Shown here: piece after piece, positions 1-8,976 of the stretch
How the letters are laid out: each line of letters opens with the position of its first letter
How positions within the stretch are numbered: position 1 is the stretch's first letter
Origin: a bacterium
GTDB lineage: Bacteria > Hydrothermota > 32-111
Direction: 5' to 3'
DNA: 23,386 bases
Assembly: GCA_046484245.1 (NCBI GenBank)
Contig: JAWOBN010000030.1
Location: 1 to 23,386, forward strand
The notes under the pieces: generated by a model
Database searches by the model: none
The model's input: only the letters and a program-made list of their open reading frames with translations
Told to the model about the DNA's origin: nothing
Translations under genes and position numbers: made by a program

Positions 1-447
1 GATACAAGATACAAGTTCCAAGATTCAAGAGGAAGAAGAGACGGAAGAAGAGACGGACAACGTACAAAGTACAACGTACAACGAAGAGGAAGAGGGAAAA
101 GTAGCAAGTAGCAAGGAACAAGTAACAAGTGAAGATAAGACGGAAGACGAAGAAGAACCAGCAACCAGTGACCAGCCACCAGTTACTGACATAGACACGC
201 AAGACTCATCACGCACAACGCATCATGAAGATGAGCAACCAGTTACCGGTGAAGAAGAAGAGGAAGAAGATAAAGAAGTAGCAAGTGAAGAAGAGGAGAC
301 GGACAACGGAAAACGGACAACGGAAAACGAAGAGAAGGAAGAGGAAGAGGGGACGCGAGACGAAGAAGAAGAGACACAAGATACAAGTTCCAAGATTCAA
401 GAGGAAGAGGAACCAGCCACCAGCCACCAGCCACCAGCTACCAGTGA
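1..447 (+). repeat. Intragenic blocks of 7-nt tandem repeats (GATACAA, CAACGTA, AAGTAGC, ACCAGCC, ACGCATC-like, CGGACAA/CGGAAAA)
   Basis: Read directly, e.g. gatacaa-gatacaa-gttccaa-gattcaa (1-28), aagtagc-aagtagc-aaggaac-aagtaac (99-126), cggacaa-cggaaaa x2 (300-327), accagcc x3 (412-432). Confidence 0.9.
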
Positions 448-1147
448 CGAAGAGGAAGACAATGTCAGCCCATTCCTTGAGGAAGAGGAGACATCAGAGG
501 AAAGAATACCATTTGATCTGCCGAGGGAGGAGAAATTCGTATTCTACTCCAAAGAGATGGCAAAGGTATATGAAAGTCAGGGCAAATACAGGAAGGCAAT
601 TGATATATACGGACTGATACTGAGGGAGAATCCGGATGATGAGGATATCAAGGCGCGCATCAGAGAACTTAATGAGATTACGGCAAAGCAGGAATTTGAT
701 GAGAAGGAGCTTGCAGAGGAAAATCAGGACGAGGATGGCAGAAGCAGGGCTGAGGTATATGAAAAGATAAATGAGGATCTGCTTTCTGATAAAGATAAAG
801 AAGTAGCAAGTAGCAAGGAACAAGTAACAAGTGAAGAAGAGGATTCGGACAACGTACAACGTACAACGTACAACGGAGAGGAAGAGGGGAAAGTAGCAAG
901 TAGCAAGTCACAAGTAGCAAGTGAAGATAAGACGGAAAACGAAGAAGAACCAGTTACCAGTGACCAGCAACCAGCTACCAAGAGTGAGACGCATGACGCA
1001 TCACGCAAAACGCAAAACGAAGACCAGCCACCAGCTACAGGCAATGAGAGTGAAGAAAAACAGCAAGAGGATGAGGAGAATCCACTAGCCGGATTTGTCT
1101 CTTGGATGAATAAACAGAACAAAGATGATAAAAACGGAGGAAAGTGA
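2..1147 (+). CDS. Very acidic low-complexity repeat protein with a single TPR-like segment (5' truncated by window edge)
   Basis: The frame of ORF 557..1147 is open back to position 2 (IQDTSSKIQEEEETEEE...). Glu/Asp/Thr/Ser-rich repeats flank a TPR-like helix pair (MAKVYESQGKYRKAIDIYGLILRENPDD). Short amphipathic C-terminus (LAGFVSWMNK). Confidence 0.85.
   Translation: MQDTSSKIQEEEETEEETDNVQSTTYNEEEEGKVASSKEQVTSEDKTEDEEEPATSDQPPVTDIDTQDSSRTTHHEDEQPVTGEEEEEEDKEVASEEEETDNGKRTTENEEKEEEEGTRDEEEETQDTSSKIQEEEEPATSHQPPATSDEEEDNVSPFLEEEETSEERIPFDLPREEKFVFYSKEMAKVYESQGKYRKAIDIYGLILRENPDDEDIKARIRELNEITAKQEFDEKELAEENQDEDGRSRAEVYEKINEDLLSDKDKEVASSKEQVTSEEEDSDNVQRTTYNGEEEGKVASSKSQVASEDKTENEEEPVTSDQQPATKSETHDASRKTQNEDQPPATGNESEEKQQEDEENPLAGFVSWMNKQNKDDKNGGK
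794..1040 (+). repeat. Second set of heptamer blocks; 846-975 is an imperfect direct repeat of 54-183
   Basis: cggacaacgtacaa...aagtagcaagtagcaag...gaagataagacggaa...accagtgaccagc recurs at an offset of 792 nt (in frame). Confidence 0.9.
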
Positions 1148-1705
1148 ATGGCGAAAACCTCGGATATTAAAAAGGGATTTACATTTAAGAAAGACGGCAA
1201 GATGTATACAATTATTGATTTTCTACATGTAAAACCGGGCAAGGGCGGAGCTTTTGTCAGAACAAAGGTAAAGAATATTGAAACCGGACAGGTAATAGAC
1301 ATGACATTCAATTCCGGTGAGAGGCTTGATGATATCCGTCTTGAGAAACACGGATATCAGTATCTCTATTCAGAGGGTGATAAATACTATTTCATGCACA
1401 ATGAAACCTATGAGCAGATGTTTTTGACAAAAAGTGACCTGAATGGCAAGGAACTCTATCTCAAGGAGAACACGGATGTTGACCTGCTCTCTGTTGAGGG
1501 GAAGATCATAGATATGGAAGTTCCCATGTTTGTGGAACTGAAGATAGAGGAGACAGAGCCGGGCATTAGAGGTAATACTGTTTCGGGCGGCAGCAAGCCG
1601 GCAGTTTGCGAAACCGGTCTCAAGATTGATGTGCCTCTGTTTATTGAAGAGGGTGATATAATAAAAATTGATACAAGAAAAGACGAATATGTTGAAAGGG
1701 TATAA
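1148..1705 (+). CDS. efp: Elongation factor P
   Basis: HVKPGKGGAFVRTK loop, KPAVCETG, VPLFIEEGDIIKIDTR; 185 aa; GGAGG RBS upstream. Confidence 0.97.
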   Translation: MAKTSDIKKGFTFKKDGKMYTIIDFLHVKPGKGGAFVRTKVKNIETGQVIDMTFNSGERLDDIRLEKHGYQYLYSEGDKYYFMHNETYEQMFLTKSDLNGKELYLKENTDVDLLSVEGKIIDMEVPMFVELKIEETEPGIRGNTVSGGSKPAVCETGLKIDVPLFIEEGDIIKIDTRKDEYVERV

Positions 1706-1714
1706 GGAGAAAAT

Positions 1715-2809
1715 ATGGAATTAAAGGCATTGCTTGAAAAAATGGTCAAGGACGGGGCTTCTGACCTGCACATGAAAGCAGGCACTCCGCCTGTTCTGAG
1801 GATAAACGGCAGACTGACTGTTCTTACATCAGAAGAGCCTCTCAGTCCTGAAGAACTGAAGAAAATAGCACTCCGCATTATGTCCAAGGAACAGCAGAAA
1901 CAGTTTTCCGATCGGAAGGAAATAGACTTTGCAATAGGTGTGGCGGGCCTGTCTCGTTTCAGGGTTAATATATATCTGCAGAGAGGCAGTGTGGCTATTG
2001 CCATGAGAACAATACCCATTTCAGCCCAGAGTATTGATGAACTGAATCTTCCGCCTGTTCTGAAGGAAATATCAATGAAGACCAGAGGTCTCATACTATG
2101 TACAGGAACAACAGGAAGCGGTAAATCAACAACACTTGCTTCAATGATAGAACATATCAATGAATCTGTATCCAAGCATATTATTACAGTTGAGGACCCC
2201 ATAGAGTATCTCTTCAGGGACAAGAAGGGAATAATATCCCAGAGGGAGGTTGGCAATGACACAGAATCATATGCCAATGCCCTGAAGTATGTACTCAGGC
2301 AGGATCCGGATATAATCCTCATGGGTGAGATCAGGGATGCAAAGACAATGGATGTTGCAATCAAGGCAGCAGATACCGGTCATCTTGTTATGTCCACACT
2401 GCATACACTCAATGCCAGTGAGACAATAAACAGGATTATCTCTTTCTACCCGCCCCATCAGCAGCAGCACATCAGGGTGCTTCTGGCAACAACTCTTGTA
2501 GGTGTAATATCACTGCGTCTCCTGCCCAAGGTTGACGGCAAAGGCAGAGTGCCGGCTACTGAGGTGATGATCAATACTGCATCAATTAAAGAATACCTGC
2601 TTGACCCTGTCAAGACACTGCTTATCCCGACTGCTATTGAGGAGGGGCATCAGTATCAGATGCATACATTTGATCAGTCAATAATGAAACTGTATAAGAA
2701 TGGAATTATTTCCTATGATGAGGCAATTCAGTCAGTGACCAATATTGATGAATTCAAACTGAAGCTCAGGGGAATTGAATCCAGTACAGATGAACTCTAT
2801 GGTGATTAA
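1715..2809 (+). CDS. pilT: Type IV pilus retraction ATPase, PilT/PilU family
   Basis: ASDLH, RFRVNIY, Walker A GTTGSGKS, Asp box TVEDPIE, Walker B ILMGEIRD, His box TGHLVMSTLHT. The AIRNLIRE motif is diverged (SIKEYLLD), so this may be a PilU-like paralog. Confidence 0.92.
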   Translation: MELKALLEKMVKDGASDLHMKAGTPPVLRINGRLTVLTSEEPLSPEELKKIALRIMSKEQQKQFSDRKEIDFAIGVAGLSRFRVNIYLQRGSVAIAMRTIPISAQSIDELNLPPVLKEISMKTRGLILCTGTTGSGKSTTLASMIEHINESVSKHIITVEDPIEYLFRDKKGIISQREVGNDTESYANALKYVLRQDPDIILMGEIRDAKTMDVAIKAADTGHLVMSTLHTLNASETINRIISFYPPHQQQHIRVLLATTLVGVISLRLLPKVDGKGRVPATEVMINTASIKEYLLDPVKTLLIPTAIEEGHQYQMHTFDQSIMKLYKNGIISYDEAIQSVTNIDEFKLKLRGIESSTDELYGD

Positions 2810-2818
2810 GGAGTAATA

Positions 2819-3421
2819 ATGACGCTTGTTAATTATGCGAAAAAGGAAATTACATGTAAACTGGTCTATTATGGTCCCGGCCGCTCAGGCAAGACCACGA
2901 ATCTACAGTATATTTTCAGTAAGATACCCAAGGAGAAGAGGGGTGAGATGACCTCACTGGCAACAGAGATGGACAGGACACTGTTCTTTGATTTCCTGCC
3001 TGTTGAACTGGGTAAGATAGGCAATTTTTCTGCGAAATTCCAATTATACACTGTCCCGGGTCAGGTTTACTATGATGCAACAAGGAAACTGGTGCTTCAG
3101 GGTGCTGACGGAGTTGTTTTTGTAGCGGATTCCCAGGCAGACAGGCTTGAAGACAATGTTGAATCATTTGAGAATTTCATTGTCAATCTGGAGGAGAATG
3201 GTATTGATATCAATGAAATTCCCCTTGTCATGCAGTTTAATAAGCGGGATCTGCCCAATGCATCGGATGTAGAGACATTGAAGGATGTGCTCAGCATTGA
3301 AGACAAATGGGATTGTTTTGAATCTGTTGCAACAAGGGGGACAGGTGTTATTGAAACACTGAAGAAATCCATGTATCTGGTAATGAAAAGCGTATCACAG
3401 AAGTTCAAACGGAGAACATGA
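2819..3421 (+). CDS. mglA: MglA-family small GTPase
   Basis: KLVYYGPGRSGKTTNL, DRTLFFDFLP, LYTVPGQVYY, DGVVFVADSQ and NKRD are all MglA signatures; AGGAG RBS. Confidence 0.95.
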   Translation: MTLVNYAKKEITCKLVYYGPGRSGKTTNLQYIFSKIPKEKRGEMTSLATEMDRTLFFDFLPVELGKIGNFSAKFQLYTVPGQVYYDATRKLVLQGADGVVFVADSQADRLEDNVESFENFIVNLEENGIDINEIPLVMQFNKRDLPNASDVETLKDVLSIEDKWDCFESVATRGTGVIETLKKSMYLVMKSVSQKFKRRT

Positions 3422-5076
3422 GTAATAAAACGATAAAATTATTCCAGCAGTATTTCAGCAACTTTGCGAGAGTAGAGGATGAAAGAGCTGTACTGAGCAA
3501 CAGTGAACTCAATCAGATGTATCAGTATGCAATGACGAACGGCAGCCTGATATCACAGAGGGTTATTATTATTGACCCTGCCGGAAACAGGGCAAGTGAT
3601 TTCATCAATCTTCTGGCAAGGCATTTGACTAAGCAGTTCACTGATCTTTATGCTTTCAAGATAGATATGCAGAGACTGATTGAGGACAATAGTGTCAATC
3701 TGATTGAGGAATTCAGAAATTATCTGACACATGCCAATATACTGATAATAGAGGGCATAGACCTCATAGTCAAAAGCCCGGGTGCAGGTGAACAGATAGC
3801 AGAGGTGCTAAACAAACTCCATCCCGAATCATACCTTATTGCAACAGCATCCTCAGAGGCAATCATTGAGAGAATGAATCTCAAAAACTCCAACACACAA
3901 TTGATATCACTCAAGGAGAAAAGCACTGAGCCTGCAGGCAATGCTTTCGGGGGATTTGCTTCATTTATCAAGGATATAAAGGATGAAGCAGGGGTAAGAG
4001 AGGAACTGGATGAGAAAGACCTGAGGGGAAAATATATTGAAAAACTCTATGTGTGGGAGATGAAGAATTTCAATGTTGACCGTCTCAAGAAGATAATAAA
4101 TCATCCTGATATCAGCAGGATAGAGAAAGAATTTGAGGATTTTACAGGCAAGGTGAGGAATCTTGTGAAACTCCACAAGGAATACGGGCTTCTCAATACA
4201 CAGCATTTCAAGGAAGACGGTGAGGAGATTGAAAGCATGCTGTTCAATCCTGACAGCTGCAAACTCATTGAGAAGAAAATTGAGGAACTGAAGGATAAGA
4301 TAACATATTTCAGGCAATTCAGAAGGGGCATCAGGCTTCATATGACACTGGACAGCTTTATTGCTGATTCCACCAACAGATCGGCATACAATAAGATAAA
4401 CGAGATAATAAAGAATGAGAATACGGACAATCTCGTGATACTCACCGGAGCGTCCGGCACAGGCAAGACGCATCTTCTCAATGCAATACTCAATGCATTG
4501 ATGGAGAAGAAGGTGATAATGCTCAATGAGGACAATATTGAGTTTGCATTGAAGGATGACTATATACTCCAGTTCATGTATCAGATGGACATGATACTCT
4601 TTGATAATTTTGATGACATGTACAGAAAGGTTGAGAATAAACCCCTCCTCAAAAAAATAGCCATGAACAAGATCTACAAAATAATGACAATGCACAGGAA
4701 ATACTCCATTGAGGATACGGAACTCATTGAATTCCTCAACTCATATCCTGCATATAATATCCAGCCCCCTTCACTCTATATTGAGAAGTCCGTGATAAAG
4801 GAATTCCTGAATGAATACGGTATTGAACACAATGAAACAATTCTCAATTATATTATAGATAATTCATCCATTCCGCTTTCAAAGGTTGGGGAGAATATCA
4901 AGAAACTGAAAGAGATATCCGGGGATAATCTGCCTACTATTGATCAGATACATCAGGTATTTCCCAAGAGGGAGCACAAGAAACCCTCAGGCAGAAAACC
5001 GGGATTTGACACATCCAATCTCATAAAGGAATGGATCAATCAGCATGACAGGCTGTATGTTGAATTCAGGGATTGA
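3418..5076 (+). CDS. DnaA/Hda-like AAA+ protein with a degenerate N-terminal and an intact C-terminal ATPase domain; no DnaA domain IV
   Basis: C-terminal half: TLDSFIADSTNRSAY (cf. DnaA TFDNFV..SNR.A), GASGTGKTHLLNAI, MILFDNFD. N-terminal half: VIIIDPAGNRAS (decayed P-loop) and ILIIEGID, joined by a helical linker. ATGA overlap with mglA. Confidence 0.7.
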   Translation: MSNKTIKLFQQYFSNFARVEDERAVLSNSELNQMYQYAMTNGSLISQRVIIIDPAGNRASDFINLLARHLTKQFTDLYAFKIDMQRLIEDNSVNLIEEFRNYLTHANILIIEGIDLIVKSPGAGEQIAEVLNKLHPESYLIATASSEAIIERMNLKNSNTQLISLKEKSTEPAGNAFGGFASFIKDIKDEAGVREELDEKDLRGKYIEKLYVWEMKNFNVDRLKKIINHPDISRIEKEFEDFTGKVRNLVKLHKEYGLLNTQHFKEDGEEIESMLFNPDSCKLIEKKIEELKDKITYFRQFRRGIRLHMTLDSFIADSTNRSAYNKINEIIKNENTDNLVILTGASGTGKTHLLNAILNALMEKKVIMLNEDNIEFALKDDYILQFMYQMDMILFDNFDDMYRKVENKPLLKKIAMNKIYKIMTMHRKYSIEDTELIEFLNSYPAYNIQPPSLYIEKSVIKEFLNEYGIEHNETILNYIIDNSSIPLSKVGENIKKLKEISGDNLPTIDQIHQVFPKREHKKPSGRKPGFDTSNLIKEWINQHDRLYVEFRD

Positions 5077-5078
5077 CA

Positions 5079-6671
5079 ATGAGTATTAAAGGCAATCTCA
5101 AAGAAGCTTCGCTGCCGGATGTCATACAACTGCTCTCACTGGGCAAAAAGACCGGTGTTCTCAGTATTTCCGACAGGAAAAATTTCGGTGATATCTTCTT
5201 TGAAAACGGCAAGATCGTTTACTGCTCAATTGTCAACAGGGAGAATAGAATAGGTCAGATCCTCCTCAATCACAATGATATTGATAAAGCGACACTGCAG
5301 AAAGCATTGGAGTATCAGACAGAACACAAGAATCAGCGCATAGGCGATATCCTGATTGAAATGGGTTTTATCACCAAGGAGAGACTGGAAGAGAGAATGG
5401 CAAAGCAGATAACGGATACTATTTTCACTTTTCTTACATGGGAAGAGGGATTCTTCAATTTTGAGCCGGACATTAGCCCTGATGAAGAAACAATTACAGT
5501 AAAACTTGATCCTGATGACATACTGCTTGAACAGGCAAGAAAGGTGGATGAGTGGAGTGTCATTGAAGAGGAGATCCCCCAGGAAGACACTGTGCTGATG
5601 AAGACCAATATGGAGAATATTGAGCGCCTGCAGGATGATGAGAAGCATGTGCTGGAAATCATCAACAACAGATACACATTGAAGGAATTATTTGAGAAAT
5701 CCTCACTGGGCAAATATGAGACAGCAAAAGCTGTGTATAATCTAAAGAAAGCGGGATATGTTTATGAGGGCGAAAAAAAGGATATGGAACAGTCCGTATC
5801 GGATCAGCAGAAGATCAATGAGCATTACAATCTCGGACTGGCATTCCTCTTTACTGAAATGTATGAGGAGGCTCTCCGCGAATTCAAGCAGATTGTTCAG
5901 ATTGACAAGACCAATACAACAGCCAATTTCTACATAGGCATGATCTATTTCAGGACCAGCAGATACAAGCAGGCCCTCAGTGCATTTGAGAATCTGCTCA
6001 AGCTCGGTGTTGACAATGTTGCACTTCTCAACAACACTGCCCTTACACTGGAAAAACTGGGGAATCATGAGAGGGCTGAGGAATTCTATGACAGGGCTAT
6101 TAAGATGGACCCTGAGAACAGCAAACTGCTTGCCAATTACGGCATACTCTCCTATTTTGAGAATTTGCTCACTGAAGCTGAGGAGAGGCTGAAGATGGCT
6201 CTCAAGATAGACCCGAGTCTCAATTATGCCCGCTTCTATCTAGGGCTTGTTTATGTTGAGAACGGCAAGATAGAACAGTCACTGGATGAATTTCTCAAAG
6301 TGACAAAGAAAGACCCCGGAGTCTGGCAGGTCTATTACAATATCGGCCAGATATACATAACACTCAATAAGAATGAATCCGCCGAGTATATGCTCAACAA
6401 GGCACTTGAGAATTCCAATAAGGATATAAGATGCTATAAGGCGCTTGTTAATCTCCATTTTATGGAGAAGAATTTCAGTGCTGCCGAGAAGATACTTGAA
6501 GAGGCAATACAGGCCCACTCAGAGGAGTTTGAATTTTATTATAAGATGGGCAATCTCAAGTACAAGAAGATGGATAAGGAATCGGCTGTCTATTACTGGG
6601 AAAAGGCATTGTCACTGCAGCCCAATAATCAAATACTGAAGAAAACCCTGGATACAGTGAAAAATGGTTGA
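5079..6671 (+). CDS. DUF4388 (PatA-N-like) domain + MshEN-like tandem motif + TPR repeats
   Basis: IKGNLKEASLPDVIQLLSLGKKTGVL...LTWEEGFFNF is DUF4388-like. Contains RIGQILL..LQKALEYQ and RIGDILIEMGFI..RL...Q motifs and many C-terminal TPRs. Alternative TTG start at 5073. Confidence 0.85.
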   Translation: MSIKGNLKEASLPDVIQLLSLGKKTGVLSISDRKNFGDIFFENGKIVYCSIVNRENRIGQILLNHNDIDKATLQKALEYQTEHKNQRIGDILIEMGFITKERLEERMAKQITDTIFTFLTWEEGFFNFEPDISPDEETITVKLDPDDILLEQARKVDEWSVIEEEIPQEDTVLMKTNMENIERLQDDEKHVLEIINNRYTLKELFEKSSLGKYETAKAVYNLKKAGYVYEGEKKDMEQSVSDQQKINEHYNLGLAFLFTEMYEEALREFKQIVQIDKTNTTANFYIGMIYFRTSRYKQALSAFENLLKLGVDNVALLNNTALTLEKLGNHERAEEFYDRAIKMDPENSKLLANYGILSYFENLLTEAEERLKMALKIDPSLNYARFYLGLVYVENGKIEQSLDEFLKVTKKDPGVWQVYYNIGQIYITLNKNESAEYMLNKALENSNKDIRCYKALVNLHFMEKNFSAAEKILEEAIQAHSEEFEFYYKMGNLKYKKMDKESAVYYWEKALSLQPNNQILKKTLDTVKNG

Positions 6672-7485
6672 TAGAGATTATAATATGCTGGTGAAGTATA
6701 TCAAAGAGCATATAGCTTTTGACGGGACGCTCTACAAGGAGAGGCCCTTCAAGAGAAGGCTCAGTCTGAGAATGAAATATACAGAGCAGGAGTCCTATTA
6801 TGATTATCTCAATTATCTCAGACACAATCCCGAGGAATTGGAAAAACTCAAGGACAGTCTTACTATAAATGTGACGAGATTCCTGAGGAACAGAACTGTA
6901 TTTGATTTCCTGAAGAAGTATATCAGGGAACAGATAAGAAAAGGCAGGAAGAGTAATTTCAATATTCTCTCTGTCGGATGTTCATCAGGTGAGGAACCCT
7001 ATTCAATGGCAATGATAATGCACTCACTTCAGAGAAAATACAATATTGATTACTACATAGTCGGCCTGGACTATGATGCGAATATGCTGGCAAAGGCAAG
7101 GACAGGCATATACAATCAATTTTCACTGAAGGAATTGTCCGATGCAGAGCTTCACAAGAATTTCAGCAAGCTCAAGGATAAATATGTGATAAGGGATGAA
7201 ATAAAGGAACATGTCATGTTCAAGGAATTCAATGTGAAGAATACCGATTCACTTGCCCAATTCGGCATGTTTGACATTGTACTCTGCAGGAATGTGCTGA
7301 TATATTTCTCAAGGGAATTCCAGTACAGAATAATACTGGCATTCAATGAAATACTCAATGATGACGGCATACTTGTGCTTGGTAAAATAGAGATAATCAT
7401 GGGAAAATACAAAGACCTCTTTTCAATTATTGATAAAAGAGAAAGGATTTACAGGAAAATTGGAAATCAAGATAAGAATAGCTGA
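6664..7485 (+). CDS. cheR: Protein-glutamate O-methyltransferase CheR
   Basis: LTINVTRFLRN, SVGCSSGEEPYS, FDIVLCRNVLIYF. Confidence 0.95.
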   Translation: MVDRDYNMLVKYIKEHIAFDGTLYKERPFKRRLSLRMKYTEQESYYDYLNYLRHNPEELEKLKDSLTINVTRFLRNRTVFDFLKKYIREQIRKGRKSNFNILSVGCSSGEEPYSMAMIMHSLQRKYNIDYYIVGLDYDANMLAKARTGIYNQFSLKELSDAELHKNFSKLKDKYVIRDEIKEHVMFKEFNVKNTDSLAQFGMFDIVLCRNVLIYFSREFQYRIILAFNEILNDDGILVLGKIEIIMGKYKDLFSIIDKRERIYRKIGNQDKNS

Positions 7486-7939
7486 TGCAAACATCGGTTT
7501 TGAAAATGACATTCTCAAAACAATAGGCCTCGGTTCCTGCGTGGCTGTAATGCTCTACGACAGGACAAAGAGAATAGGGGGCCTGCTTCACTTCATGCTG
7601 CCCAAGTATCTCAAGAACAAGAAGCTTCTCAATGAATTCAAATACTGTGATACAGGCATGGAGAAACTGATAGAGAGAATGAATGCAGTGGGCACAAAGC
7701 CGTACAGAATGGAGGCAAAGATAGTCGGCGGCGCGAATATGTTTGACAATTTCATAACAGACAAGAAGAAATCAATAGGATACAGAAACATTGCGTCAAG
7801 CAAGGAATATCTTCAGCGTATGAAAATCCCCATTGTTGCAGATGACACAGGGGGCAATTACAGCAGGTCTGTTGAATTCATACTGAAGACAGGTGTTGTT
7901 AAGGTGAGTTCCTACAGAAAGGGGGAATTGATACTGTGA
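7460..7939 (+). CDS. cheD: Chemoreceptor glutamine deamidase CheD
   Basis: TIGLGSCVAV (catalytic Cys), LHFMLP (His), AKIVGGANMF, DTGGNYSR. TTG start at 7460 after AGGA is preferred; the ORF is open from 7430. Confidence 0.93.
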   Translation: MEIKIRIADANIGFENDILKTIGLGSCVAVMLYDRTKRIGGLLHFMLPKYLKNKKLLNEFKYCDTGMEKLIERMNAVGTKPYRMEAKIVGGANMFDNFITDKKKSIGYRNIASSKEYLQRMKIPIVADDTGGNYSRSVEFILKTGVVKVSSYRKGELIL

Positions 7940-8976
7940 AGCATTCGGTGATGATTGTTGATGACTCTGTTCTGATGAGAAAGCTCCTCAAGGAGATAAT
8001 AGAGGAATCGGACAAACTGGAGGTTGTTGCCACTGCAACAGACGGTCTGGATGCATTGGATAAATTCAGGGAATATCAGCCGGATATTGTCACACTGGAT
8101 ATAGAGATGCCCAAGATGAACGGAATCTTATGTCTGGAGCAGCTGCTTAAAATAAAACCCGTGCCTGTCATAATAATCAGTGCATACTCCAAGAAGGGGT
8201 CCAGTGTATCGGTCAAGGCACTTGAACTCGGGGCATTTGACATTATTGAAAAACCATCGGGTTCTGTATCACTGGATATTGCCGGCAAGGCGCAGGAAAT
8301 AGTCAAGAAAATGGAAAATGCGGTATCCATTGATATTGAGAAACTCACAGAGCCCCCGAAAATCAAGAGACCGCCTGTTAAGGCTCCGTCCATAGTACAG
8401 AGACCTGCAAAACGGCTTGTAGCAATTGCCTCATCAACAGGGGGGCCCAAGACATTGATGCACATACTCCCCCATCTGAATCCGCGACTTGAATGTGCCT
8501 ATGCAGTAGTCCAGCACATGCCGGAGGGATTCACACGGTCATTTGCAGAACGACTCAACAGTCTCTCCCATATAAATATATTTGAGGCGGAGACAGGGCA
8601 GAAACTCAATAATGGCGATTGTGTGATTGCCAAAGGCGGATGGCATCTCATATTCAATGAGAAAGGTATTGTTGAACTGGATGATTCTCCCCCGTATCAC
8701 TCAGTCAAGCCCTCTGCTGACATTATGATGCTCTCTGCTGTCAGATACTTCAAGAACAGAATTGTAGGCATTGTACTTACGGGAATGGGGAAAGACGGAA
8801 GTGAAGGTGTGAAAATGATAAAAATGAGCGGCGGTTTCAATATTGCCGAGTCGGAGAAGAGTGCTGTTATCTACGGTATGCCTAAGTATGCCGTGAAGAC
8901 AGGTGATGTTGATATTGTAGCTGACAAACAGTCAATAGCTGAAAAAATAGAAGAGTTGATAGATGCATTGGGATGA
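7936..8976 (+). CDS. cheB: Chemotaxis response regulator protein-glutamate methylesterase CheB
   Basis: REC domain (IVDDS, TLDIEMP, KP); catalytic triad motifs ASSTGGP, VQHMP and LTGMGKDG; GTG start. Confidence 0.96.
   Translation: MKHSVMIVDDSVLMRKLLKEIIEESDKLEVVATATDGLDALDKFREYQPDIVTLDIEMPKMNGILCLEQLLKIKPVPVIIISAYSKKGSSVSVKALELGAFDIIEKPSGSVSLDIAGKAQEIVKKMENAVSIDIEKLTEPPKIKRPPVKAPSIVQRPAKRLVAIASSTGGPKTLMHILPHLNPRLECAYAVVQHMPEGFTRSFAERLNSLSHINIFEAETGQKLNNGDCVIAKGGWHLIFNEKGIVELDDSPPYHSVKPSADIMMLSAVRYFKNRIVGIVLTGMGKDGSEGVKMIKMSGGFNIAESEKSAVIYGMPKYAVKTGDVDIVADKQSIAEKIEELIDALG

Noticed and set aside
1..1040. CRISPR array
   Set aside because: No constant repeat with unique spacers; the repeats are degenerate heptamers within an open reading frame; no cas genes.
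25..1311. Alternative-frame ORFs (Arg/Lys-rich 285..617; Ser/Leu/Phe-rich minus-strand ORFs)
   Set aside because: Shadows of the purine-rich low-complexity gene.
1456..2364. 302-aa minus-strand ORF and other antisense ORFs over the operon
   Set aside because: Fully antisense to well-supported genes, with no recognisable motifs.
3418..5076. Chromosomal replication initiator dnaA / oriC
   Set aside because: No domain IV, no dnaN/gyrB context, and no DnaA-box cluster or intergenic space.
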